In this document: positions 37,741-48,975 of the stretch, piece after piece
Layout of the letters: each line of letters opens with the position of its first letter
Numbering within the stretch: position 1 is the first letter of the stretch
NCBI GenBank assembly: GCA_043228905.1
Contig: JBHGNT010000020.1
Span: 5,952,001-6,016,000 of the forward strand
DNA from: Azolla caroliniana
Lineage: Eukaryota; Plantae; Polypodiophyta
Reading direction: 5' to 3'
Length of the DNA stretch: 64,000 nucleotides
Position numbers and translations under genes: made by a program
The notes under the pieces: model-generated
What the model was told of the DNA's origin: nothing
Database searches by the model: none
What the model saw: only the letters and a program-made list of their open reading frames with translations

Positions 37741-39477
37741 TCGTGAAGGATTCCGACCGGAGGAAGAAAACGGAGCCAGATGCTCGTGAACGGGGGTGTG
37801 CACGGATGCACACGAGAATTGTCTTTATGTACAAAGTGTGTAAATAACGTAGGACTAATAAGTACTAGAGGGTGTGATTTGATGGGTACTTTAATGTCCC
37901 ATAGAAAGAGAGGAATGAGAAGATACGATGTGAGAAAATTGAGGGGGCTTCCACCACTATGTATCTATCCCCTCTTGTAACTATTTAACTCCCTTGAAGC
38001 TTCTTTCTCTCTATCTCTCTTTCTCACATTGAACCCCCTTGGGAGGGGGGTGGAGCCATTCTAGGTGCCACCCCCACCCCGCAATGCTTCTAAATGCACA
38101 TCGCAATCATACCATGAACCCCACAATGCTTCCATCTTCATCACCATTTCCATCTCCATCACCATTAACATTCATGATCATCATCATCGTTAACCCTATT
38201 TCTATCTTTATCATTATTATTAACTCTAACCCTAAAACCATCAACAAAGCTGATTCCGGTGCCGAGAGCTCACATCCCGAAGTTGATGGAGCTTCTCAAG
38301 GAGAAAGTGGAGATGGGGATTCTCGAACCATCGAGTGCCCCTTATTTGAATCAGTGGTTTAAAGTGCCCAACAATCACACACTGTGCTTTATTCAGGACC
38401 TACAATCGGTCAACAATGTGACCATTCGAAATGTAGGAGCCGGTCCATAGATGAGTTCGCAGAGCCCTTCGCCGGCAGGTCCATCTACTCAGTCAGAGAC
38501 CTGTATTCCGAGTACGACCAGTTCTAGCTTGCTGTGGAGAGTAGGGATATTACAACAATGTGGACCCCCGTCAGCTTAGTTCGGATGTGTAACTTGCTAT
38601 AGGGTGGAACGAATTTGGTGGCGTACGTGTTGAATGCAATGAACAAAGTGTTGAGGGACTTCATCCCAGACATCACCATGCCATTTCTGGACGACATTCC
38701 GATCAAGGGATGTCAGGAGGATGTGAAGGATGAATCGGTCGGAGCCAACAGATGTTGGAAGTTTGTCGCGGACCACATCTCCGATTGCAAGATGACATTG
38801 CAGAGGCTTGAGGGCGCTTGACTTACCTTGTCCGAAGAGAAATAAATGTTCGGACTATCCGAGGTTATGGTAGTCAGACACTTATGCGGGACATAACCGT
38901 AAATCTTCTCCGGGAAAGGTAGACGCCATCTCCACAATGAAGGAAGACTGTCGATCGGTCACGGAAGTCCGACGATTCCTGGGAGCATGCGCCTTCTACC
39001 ACATATGCATTTCCCATTACGCACACATCATCGAGCCACTCTACGGCTTATTAAAGAAAGGAAGTTCGAGTGGACGGGAGAGCACATGGAGGCGGTTCGA
39101 AGACTGAAGGAGATGCTAACGGTGGTCCCGGCTCTCCGAAACGGGCCTTACAAGGCGTACACGCCAGTCTACATGACGGTTGATATGAGTTTGGCCAGAA
39201 TTGAGTGGGTGAGTCTGACCAGAATCAGGAGGACGAGGCCGGCACGCGGTTCCCCATCCGGTTCGGAGTGAAAGTCCTAAGCGAGTGACAGCGAGAATAC
39301 GCCCAGGTTAAACGCAAATTGTGGCATATCATCTCGGCGGTGAAGGCCGACAAGGATTACTTGATCAAGATGGAGGTTGTCAGGATCAGTACTAAGACAG
39401 AGAAGGAATTAGTACTAAAAGATGAGGATTAGTACTAAGAGAGGTGTAGAACTCTCATGAGAAGGAAAGAGTGAGCG

Positions 39478-39514
<37 letters not shown>

Positions 39515-42500
39515 GAGAGAATGATGATAAAAGATATATATTATGTGAAGAGAGTATACAATAGTAGCTAGGAGGCTTAAAACTGGCATTGAACAGATTT
39601 GGTTCGAAATAATGCCTTGTGCCTTCTTTTATAATGTTCTCAGGAATACTCCTAAAGTTTCTAGATGTTCCTGAGAAATCCGGAATATACATCAATTTTC
39701 TATAATAAAACATAAATGAAAATAATATTTTACGTATTATAATGTATGGTCTAATGGTGAAGAGCTCGACCCATGTAGCATAAGGTCATGGGTTCGAGTC
39801 TTGTCATATCGTTACACTATCCCCCTTTTAAAATGACGAGTGTCACGAGTCGTTTTAGATTGAGGACCCGGTTTGTCTAGATATTGACGATGGAAGTCTT
39901 CAAGAAGAGCACGAGCATTGGTGACATTTTCTATTGGTTCCGAAGTACGCTCGCGGGGACTATATCCTAGCCAATTGACTAGATAGTAGAGCTTGTTGTT
40001 AACAATCTTGGAATCAAGGATGGCGGCAACCTCGTACTCAGGTTCATCTTCAAGCTCGATCGGGGGTGGAGGCTATGTAATACGTCCTGGGATGGTGTTC
40101 TCTTGATAGGGTTCGAGGAGAGAACTATGAAACACCGGATGTATCCGAAGTTGCGGAGGTAGATCGAGACAAAAAGAGACATCATTAATCTTTCCTATAC
40201 TACGGAAAGGACCTAGTCATCGATAATCCAACTTCTCGCATGGGCGAGTAGTCTTGATGTTTCGTTGTAGTAGCCATACCGATCTCCAATTTTAAAATTG
40301 GATGGAAGTCGATGACGATCCGCGTAAACCTTGTGTGTTTGTTGAGCTTGTTGGAGATGAGTAGATAAATCGGCTTGTATCTTGCGTAACCGCTCTAAAC
40401 AATCCTCTGCGCAAGGATTTGTGGACAACTTTGGGGTTTCAAATACACACCACCGAGGGCGAGAACCCGTATAAGCATAAAACAGTGTAACTTTAGTCGA
40501 TGCGTGGACAGAGTTATTGTAGGCAAATTCGGCGAAGTGGAGAATATCTACCCAGTCATCCTGATGATAGCTTAGAAAGCACCGAAGATACTGCTCCAGT
40601 GTTTGATTTGTTCGTTCTGCTTAGCCATCCGTTTGTGGGTGGTAGCCGGAGGAGAGGTTACAAGTGAGCTTGAGCATTTTAAAAAGGTGCTTCCAGAATT
40701 TCGATACAAACTGGGGTCCACGGTCGCTGATGATACTATCGAGAAGGCCATGATGTCGACATACTTCACGCATGACAATTTCAACGGTTTCTTCATTGGA
40801 TATTTCCTTAGTACATGGCAAGAAATGAGCCATCTTCATATATCGATCTACGACTGTTAGAATCGCATTGAACCCCTTAGATACTGGAAGATCTGTGATG
40901 AAGTCTAGAGCAATGGATTGCCATGGCTTGCTTGGAATTGGTAATGGTTCTAATAAACCATATGGATGATGCCTTGGAATTTTCGCTCTGTAATATGTAT
41001 CACAAGTCCGAACTAAATCTTCGATAAATTGTCGCATACGGGGCCACCAAAATGATCGTTGTACTAAATCTAATGTTTTAGTACTACCAAAATGCCCAGT
41101 TGTATATGTGTCATGACAATTTTGGACTAATCGAAGGCGGCAAGAACAATTAGGAACATACAAGAGTTCATTAAAGAATAGTAATCCATCATGGTATTTG
41201 AATTGTCGATAGTCCGTACCTGGTCATTGCGACTGTGAACAAGATGCTCGAGAGGGATCAATTTGTGCTAGAATGGCTTCGGCGAAAGCATCGGTCTTCA
41301 AGTCCTCACATATAGTATCGATAACGTAGGAATCTATGGGCAGGCTAGGTACAAACGCCGTGATAATGCATCTGCCTTCCCTTGGTGCTTCCCCAAACGA
41401 TATGTAATTTTGAAGTCGAAACGCGTGAGGAAGTGGGCCCACCGAGCTTGACGTCGATTTAACACACGAGTGTCCTGAAAGTAGGCAAGGTGTTTGTGGT
41501 CACTGAATACGGTGTCTTGATGAGAGGATCCTTCTAGAAAATGCCTCCATTGTGTAAAAGAGTCCACTATTGCCAATAGTTCCTTATCATGAATGTCGTA
41601 GTTGATTTCAGCGGTGTCAAACTTGCGTGAGTGAAAAGCCACAGGATGTAGATTCTCATCATTACCCCGTTGTGACAGAATGCTCCCCAATGCGAAATCC
41701 GATGTGTCTGCTTCGATAATGAATGGTTTTTCTGGATCGACATGAGATAGAATTGGAGCCGATGTAAATGCCTTTTTAAGACTTTCGAAATCCATGTCCG
41801 CTTCTTTAGACCAAACGAACGATTGTCCCTTCCTGGTAAGCTGTGTGAGAGGCAGAACGAGCTTTGAGTAATCTTGTATGAACTTCCGGTAAAAATTGGC
41901 AAAGCCTAAAAAGCATTGCACATCTCGCACCGAACGCGGAGTCTGCCACTCTAACATAGTTTTGACCTTAGTTGGGTCCATGGAGATGCCTTCCGAGGAA
42001 ATGACATAGCCCAGAAATTCCACCTGGTTGCACCGAAAACTACATTTTTCCAACTTTTCATAAAGACCATGTTCTCGAAGTCGTTTTAGTACGAACAGTA
42101 CATGAGAATCATGCTCTTCTTGGGTTTTCGAATAAAGTAGTAGATCATCCAAATAGATGATCAAACAAACATCCAAGAGATCTCGGAATATATCATTTGC
42201 CATGTGCTGGAAGACTGTTGGCACATTAGTGAGGCCGAACGGCATGACCGTATACTCGAAGTGCCCATATCTGGTGCGAAACGCAGTCTTCCATTCATCT
42301 CCTGGTCGGATCCATATGAGGTTATAGGCTCCCGTAAGTCGATCTTCGTGAAGAACATGGCACCATTGACCCGTTCTAAAAGACTTGAGATAAGGGGAAT
42401 TGCATACCTATTTCTGATTGTAACCTTATTCAAGCCACAATAATCTACACCGAGACGAAGTGATCCATCCTTTTTCTTGACGAAGAAAATGGGTGCGCCG

Positions 42501-44590
42501 GCTGGAGATTTCGAATGCCGAATGAAACCATTTTCGAAATTCTCCTCTATATAGGCTCGCAGGACTTCTAGCTAGGTTGGTAACAAATTGTAAATCGGTC
42601 CCCATGGTGGCTCTTTCCCCGGTTGTAAATTGATGGGGCAATCATACGGTCGATGGTGAGGAAGTGTATTGGCTTGTACTTTATCGAACACATCAGCATA
42701 ATGATGATACTTCTTTGGAAATTGAACGGTGGACTCCTTTTTAATGGTGTCTGAGGGCTTTACTGATATTGCGAATAGAAACATTTCTTCCTTGTGTCCT
42801 TCTTCCCTCAACTGATGTAGCGAAATGGTTGCAATCTCATGAGTAGACCCTCGGGCTTTTCGATACCGGATTTCTCTTATTCTCTAATCTATGTCTGGGT
42901 TATGTAATTCGAACCATGGTAATCCTAAAACAATGGGGTGTTCTAGGATGCTAATTATATTAAATGATACTACATAGGCTAGATTATCTAGGAGAATATT
43001 AACAGGCTCTAACTCTTCTATGATATTTACGGAAGCAATGGGACGACCATCAATGACTACTACAGAGGCTAGACACGGGAGTTTTCTGAGTGATATCTTA
43101 TGAGCTTGGGCAAAGTTCTTATCCATGAAGCAAGAATTAGCTTCGGAATCTAGAAGTACTAAGACATGTATTGGAGGGGTACTTTTAGTAATAACTGTTA
43201 CTTGGGCTACGAACACATTGCTAACTTTCTTAGAGGGAATGGAACCACTAATGGGCTGCACATATCTAGGGTTGTCCAACCAAACGGCTCCTATTTTGGC
43301 TAGACTTAGTCGTTTAACTCTTCTTCTAACTGACTAAGGACATCAAATTTGTTCGCTAGATTTGGGCTATTTGTACTATTAGGACTTTCAGATATCCCTA
43401 CTGAAATAGATTCGGGTTTAGTACAATCAGAACTAGCAACTATTTGGTTTACCTGCCTTCTTGGCCTATGAGGACAGTTTACCGCGATATGCCCTGGTCC
43501 ACCGCAATAAAGACATAGTCGGTTTGCTCGGCGTCGTTGCTTTTCTTCTTCTGATAGTGGTCCACGACGAGGTGTGGTGTCAATTTCCATCGGAGTTGGA
43601 GTACTTACTAGAGTCGCATTATATGACTCCCTTGGAAAAGGTTTTGCTACCACGGAGGCATAGGTAGGCTCGGAGCTTGCCCTTGGCATCTGGAACTGAC
43701 GTTCCGAATGCTATTCGAAGAGGCGATTGTTGCATCTCACTATGCGACTGATTTCTTCTATTAATGAATTTGTTTCTTCGGGAAAGGTCAAGAGTAAATC
43801 TTTGACATCGTTACGTAGACCATAACGAAATTGCTCCATTAACGCTTGATCATCCTAGGGGATATCGGAGGCAAGTAGGCGAAAATCTGTAGCGTATGCG
43901 GAGGCTGGACGATCGCCTTGACGTAGTCGTCGGATTTTGTTTATTGTTGTCCTTATGCTGTCAGTATCTCCAAAACAGGATTTAAACTCACTTATAAATT
44001 CTTCAAAATTGTTTAGTAATGGAGATTCTTTTTCTTACAGCGGAGCAAACCATGCCAACGCTGAGCCACTTAACAACGTGCCTACTAAACCCACTTGTGA
44101 TGCATCGATGGGATATCGGGAAGGATGCATTTGAATAACTAGTCGTACCTGATTAAGGAACCCTCTAAACTGCAATCGTGTTCCATCAAATTTCATGGGA
44201 AGGCCAATCTTGGGTTCTTTATGAATCCCTTGTGTTCTGGGTCCTTGTTGTTGCATCGCTACGATGGTTGCTTCGAGTTGTTGCACACGCAACGTCAACT
44301 CCCCGTGTTGTTGTTGTTGTTATTCTAGTGTTATTTGTTGAACATCCCCCAAGAAACGATGATTTTCTTGTTCTAGTGCTACGAATTTGTCCTTTAAGCA
44401 CCGGAGCTCCAAGAAAACAGATTGGTATTCCTGAGCGCTAACAGTTTCCATTTTACTAGGGAGGATAAGAGGATTAGTATGAAAGGAAGAAAGGGGTAAG
44501 AAGATGAGGGAAACCGAAAAGAAGACCGGAAAAAGGGGATATGTAAGAAGATAAAAGGAAGAGGAAAGGAGGAGACGGAAGGAGGACGGA

Positions 44591-44602
44591 AAATCGGTTC
44601 AA
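44591..44602 (-). promoter_or_regulatory. Putative self-priming PBS (TTGAACCGATTT)
   Basis: 2 nt inside the 5' LTR end. Exact complement of AAATCGGTTCAA at 44829-44818 in the LTR. Confidence 0.75.
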
Positions 44603-44694
44603 ACTGTTAGGATCAGTACTAAGACAGAGAAGGAATTAGTACTAAAAAATGAGTATCAGTACTAAGAGAGGTGTAGAACTCTCGAGAGAAGGAA

Positions 44695-44741
<47 letters not shown>

Positions 44742-44855
44742 GTGAGAGAATGATGATAAAAGATATATATTATGTGAAGAGAGTATACAATAGTAGCTAG
44801 GAGGCTTAAGACTAGCGTTGAACCGATTTGGTTCAAAATAATGCCTTGTGCCTCC

Positions 44856-44862
44856 TTTTATA
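44856..44862 (-). promoter_or_regulatory. LTR TATA box (TATAAAA)
   Basis: 33 nt upstream of the predicted self-primer 5' end at 44829. Also present in the LTRs at ~39630 and ~45660. Confidence 0.65.
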
Positions 44863-45066
44863 GTGTTCTCAGGAATACTCCTGAAGTTTCTAGAATGTTC
44901 TAGAGAAATTTGGAATATACATCAATTTTCTATAAAACATAAATGAAAATAATATTTATGTATTAAAATGTATGGTCTAATGGTCAAGAGCTCGACCCAT
45001 GTAGCATAAGGTCATGTGTTCGAGTCTTGCCATATCATGACAGAGGTGATTATCGAGACAGAGTGC

Positions 45067-45597
45067 CTACCGATTCTTGATATGGTTTCTGCATGTGCAA
45101 CTCCAAACCTGGTAATGCTCATGTGGATCGCATATATGAAGTCCCTTTGCATATATCCGATAAAGCCAACACCATGGCTGATATGCTGTTGAGAGCATGG
45201 TTCGAAGGAGAGGATGACACGTGTCAGGAATAGTACTAGAGATAAGGGTGCAGAATTCTCGAGGGAGAGAGAGAGAATGATAACAAACGATATATTATAT
45301 TATATGAAGAGAATATACAAGAATAGCTTCTCTGTCTACCGATTCTTGATATGGTTTCTGCATGTGCAACTCCAAACCTGGTAATGCTCATGTGGATCGC
45401 ATATATGAAGTCCCTTTGCATATATCCGATAAAGCCAACACCATGGCTGATATGCTGTTGAGAGCATGGTTCGAAGGAGAGGATGACACGTGTCAGGAAT
45501 AGTACTAGAGATAAGGGTGCAGAATTCTCGAGGGAGAGAGAGAGAATGATAACAAACGATATATTATATTATATGAAGAGAATATACAAGAATAGCT
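45067..45597. repeat. 269-bp-period tandem duplication spanning a host/LTR junction
   Basis: 45067-45328 matches 45336-45597. The LTR start is duplicated at 45222 and 45491. Confidence 0.9.
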
Positions 45598-46178
45598 AAG
45601 AGGCTTAAGACTGGTGTTGAACCGAATTGGTTCTCAATAATGCCATATGTCTCTTTTTATAGTATGCTTAGGAGTACTCCTGACATTTCTAGAATGTTCT
45701 AGAGAAATCTAGAATATACATGGATTTCCTAAGTGAAATAATAAATGGAAATAATATTTTTTGTTTTACAATATATAGCTTAATGGTAGGGCTTCAACCT
45801 GTGTGATACAAGATCATGTGTTCAAATCCTTTTCAAGCCATACCATGCGCCATACCATGCTATATCATGACACTACCTCCCCCTTAAGACGATGAGTGTT
45901 ACGAGTCGTTTTAGATGGAGGACCTGGTTTGTCAGGATATTGGAAGTCCTCAATAAGAGCACGAGCATTTGTGACATTCGCAACTGGTACCATGTACGCT
46001 CGGTTGGACTATAGCCTAGCCAATCGACCAAATAGTAGAGTTGCTGCAAACAATTTTGGAATCAAGGATGGCATCAACTTTGTACTCCGATCCTGCTTCA
46101 AGCTCGATCAGAGGTGGAGGTGACCAGATGTAACCTTAGATGTGGAGGTAGATCAAGAAGAAAAGTGACATCATTAAC
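45491..46178 (-). mobile_element. 3' end of a diverged Tcn1-like subfamily (LTR 45491-45872, PPT, chromodomain remnant)
   Basis: TGTCAGGAATAGTACT...TATCATGACA, PPT complement ctacctccccctt, degenerate AILDSK...WLGYSP chromodomain. Confidence 0.8.
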
Positions 46179-46345
46179 TATTGAGAGTCGAACTCAACTT
46201 CCCATAGAGATAGGGTTCACATTAGCTCATGGACATACCAGGCTAGTTTTGTAAATAGTTGAAACGGCACTTGACCTAGCCCAGTTGGTACTTAAACCAA
46301 CCGTTTGTAACTTAGTCCTTGTTGGAAGTAATATACAGTTTCTTG

Positions 46346-46383
<38 letters not shown>

Positions 46384-48975
46384 GTGTCTTACGTGCACAC
46401 ACACCGTCTTCTTTCGCTGCACAAAATCTCTCTCATTCTTTACATGGTATCAGAGCGTGTGGTTATCTGATCAAACTTGCTTAATTATGCTGTGATCACA
46501 ACATCGATGATCATCAGAACCGGTTCAAGCAACAGAGAAGAAAATAGAAATCATGAACACTCATATGGGAAGCGCTCTTGCTACAGAGAAGCTAGATCGA
46601 ACAAACTTCACATCTTGGGAGTACAAGATGCATCAGTACCTTGTTGGACAAGGCTACTGGAGCTATATTGAAGGTGCCCACAAAACGCAACCCAAGTCAA
46701 CACACGCCGACTACCCAAGTTGGGAGTAGGCCGCGAGCCGTGTATTGTACTACCTTGTATCATGCGTTCATGATGACATGCTTGGCTATATTCGAGACTC
46801 AAAAATGCAGAAAGAGGCGTGGGGCAATCTCAAGAATATTTTCGCAGCCAACACGGTTGCACATAAACTCCCACTCCAACTCGGACAAGACCTAAATAGT
46901 ATTCAACAAAGGGACATGTTAATCGACACCTACACCCTGAAGATCAAGGAGCTCTGCGATGCCCTCTCGATTAATGTCGTCATCGACGATGTAGAAACGG
47001 TGCAAATATGTCTCGGAGGCTTGGCACCTCGATTCAAAGCAATAAGGTTGGCCATTCTTGTGAGAGAGAATCCTCCCTCTTTCTTCGATGTCCAATTGAT
47101 ATTGCTGGGCAAAGAAAATCATGTTTGACAAAGAAATAACTCACATGATGGTCAGATGCTCTATTCGAACCTCAACCAAGAGCAACCTCGTGAAGAAAAA
47201 TTCTACTACCGACAACACGCGTCAAACACGCGAAGCAGAGTCTCCGGAAGAAGGGGGAGCAATCATGCCAGACCAAGCAATCATAACAGCCCGATCGAAT
47301 GTGAGTACTGCGGAAAACTCGGCCACTACGAAGAGGAGTGCTGAAAGAAGAAGCGAGACTCCGCTTTGACTAGTCAAAAACTCACGAATTACGTATCGAA
47401 TTCCGACTACGACAATCGTAGCGGAATGTTCATGATGAGGCACAAAGCGCACTCAATGGTGACACAAGGTGAAACAAGCACCATGCCCTTAGATAATGTA
47501 TGGTTCATTGACTCGGGAGCATCCAATCATATGAAATCTCATGAAGATTGGTTTCGAGAATTACGAAAGCCCCAATGGCCCGGATATGTCGAAACAGGCG
47601 ATGACATGACTCATTCAATACGACATATCGGGAACGTCCCATTCGGAAATGATGGCAAACAAACTTACCTCAAAAATGTCGTGCATGTCCCAACCATCAC
47701 GAAAGACCTGGTCTTGGTCAGCCAGATTGTCGAACAAGGTATGCAAGTAAGATTCAACATTGACAGATGCTTCATTGAAAAAGACAATCAAGTCGTAGCT
47801 CACGGCCATGGAGAAGGCCGAATGTTCATGCTCGAGTCGAGAGAGGTGAAGTACGCTATGTTCCCTAATGGCATCAAAGTCGACACTGACTTGAAAATGT
47901 GGCACAAGTGAATTGGCCACATCAACCTCCGGATGCTCTAGAATATGCAATCAAAAGGAGTTGCAATCGGACTCCCAAACTTTACCAAGAAGGAGATTGC
48001 GGGCATATGTGAGGCATGCTAGTTTGGAAAACAACGCTGACATCCATTTCCAAAAGAGTGGAATGTGAGCAAAAGGATCCTGGATGTCGTACATTCAGAT
48101 GTTTGGGGTTTGTCATAGATAGTCACATTCGGCAGATGCCAATATTATGTCACGTTCATCGACAACTTCTCTAGGTACACTTGGATCTACCCGATGAAAC
48201 ACAAGAGCGAACTGTTTGGCCACTTCCAAAGGTTCAAAAACAAAGTCGAAAAGGCAACGGGACGGCACATACGATGTCTTTGATCAGATGCAGGAAAAGA
48301 ATACTTCTCGGATGAATTTACGGAGTATCTCCGAAAGGAAGAAATTCGACGAAAATTCTTATGCTAGCACACACCTCAGCAAAACGGCATAGCCGAGCGG
48401 AAAAATCGACACATAGTAGAGGTTTCACAAGCGATGATGAGCGAGAAGAACCTGCCGAAATCATATTTGGCAAAAGTGGCTAACACAATCGTATACCTCA
48501 TGAATAGGTGTACAACCTCAGGGGTAAACGACGTAACCCCATATAATATGTTTTTCGGAAAGAAACCGGAGTTATCACAATGTGTGTATTTTCGGCACGA
48601 TCGCCTATGTGCATATTCTTAATGAAACGCAACAAAAGCTCGATCCGAAGTTGGAGAAATGTATCCTTGTAGGATACTCACTAGAGCAAAAGGGGTACAA
48701 GTGCTATAACCCCTCAACTTGAAAAACTCGAGTAAGTCGAGACGTCGTATTCGACGAGTCCGCATCCTGGTATACACCAGAGACAACTTCGATTGTGATT
48801 CCACTCGACCCGAAATCCGTCGAAATTGAGATAATCGCTGAGGATCAGCTCATGCGCATGTTTGAAGAAAGCCTGATTACTACAAGGCTTAGTGGGCCAC
48901 AAGAGCCTACAAGCGATCAAAGCACATCTTGGCTGAGTCGGAAGTTGGACAAAGGGAAGGCAAAAATGGGGAGAT
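46179..48975 (+). mobile_element. 3'-truncated copia element D (LTR 46179-46444, gag-PR-IN)
   Basis: PBS TGGTATCAGAGC 46445-46456, CEYCGKLGHYEEEC, WFIDSGASNHM, TPQQNG. Ends at DKGKAKM. Confidence 0.88.

Larger units (their letters stand above)
39378..45042 (-). mobile_element. Full-length Tcn1-like chromovirus (Ty3/gypsy), decayed ORFs
   Basis: LTRs 39378-39816 and 44605-45042, TSD GAGGT. Gag KFDGTRLQFRGFLNQ and CLYCGGPGHIAVNC, PR LLDSEANSCF, RT YLDD, IN YHPQTDG, chromodomain ~39860-40050, PPT at 39817. No tRNA PBS. Confidence 0.93.
38259..45221 (+). pseudogene. Older degenerate Ylt1-like RT-RNase H fragment (38259-39377 plus 45043-45221), split by the Tcn1-like element
   Basis: PRAHIPKLMELLKEKVEMGILEPSSAPY, ITMPFLDDIPIKG. 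DYLIKMEV joins IIETECLPIL across the GAGGT TSD. Confidence 0.85.
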
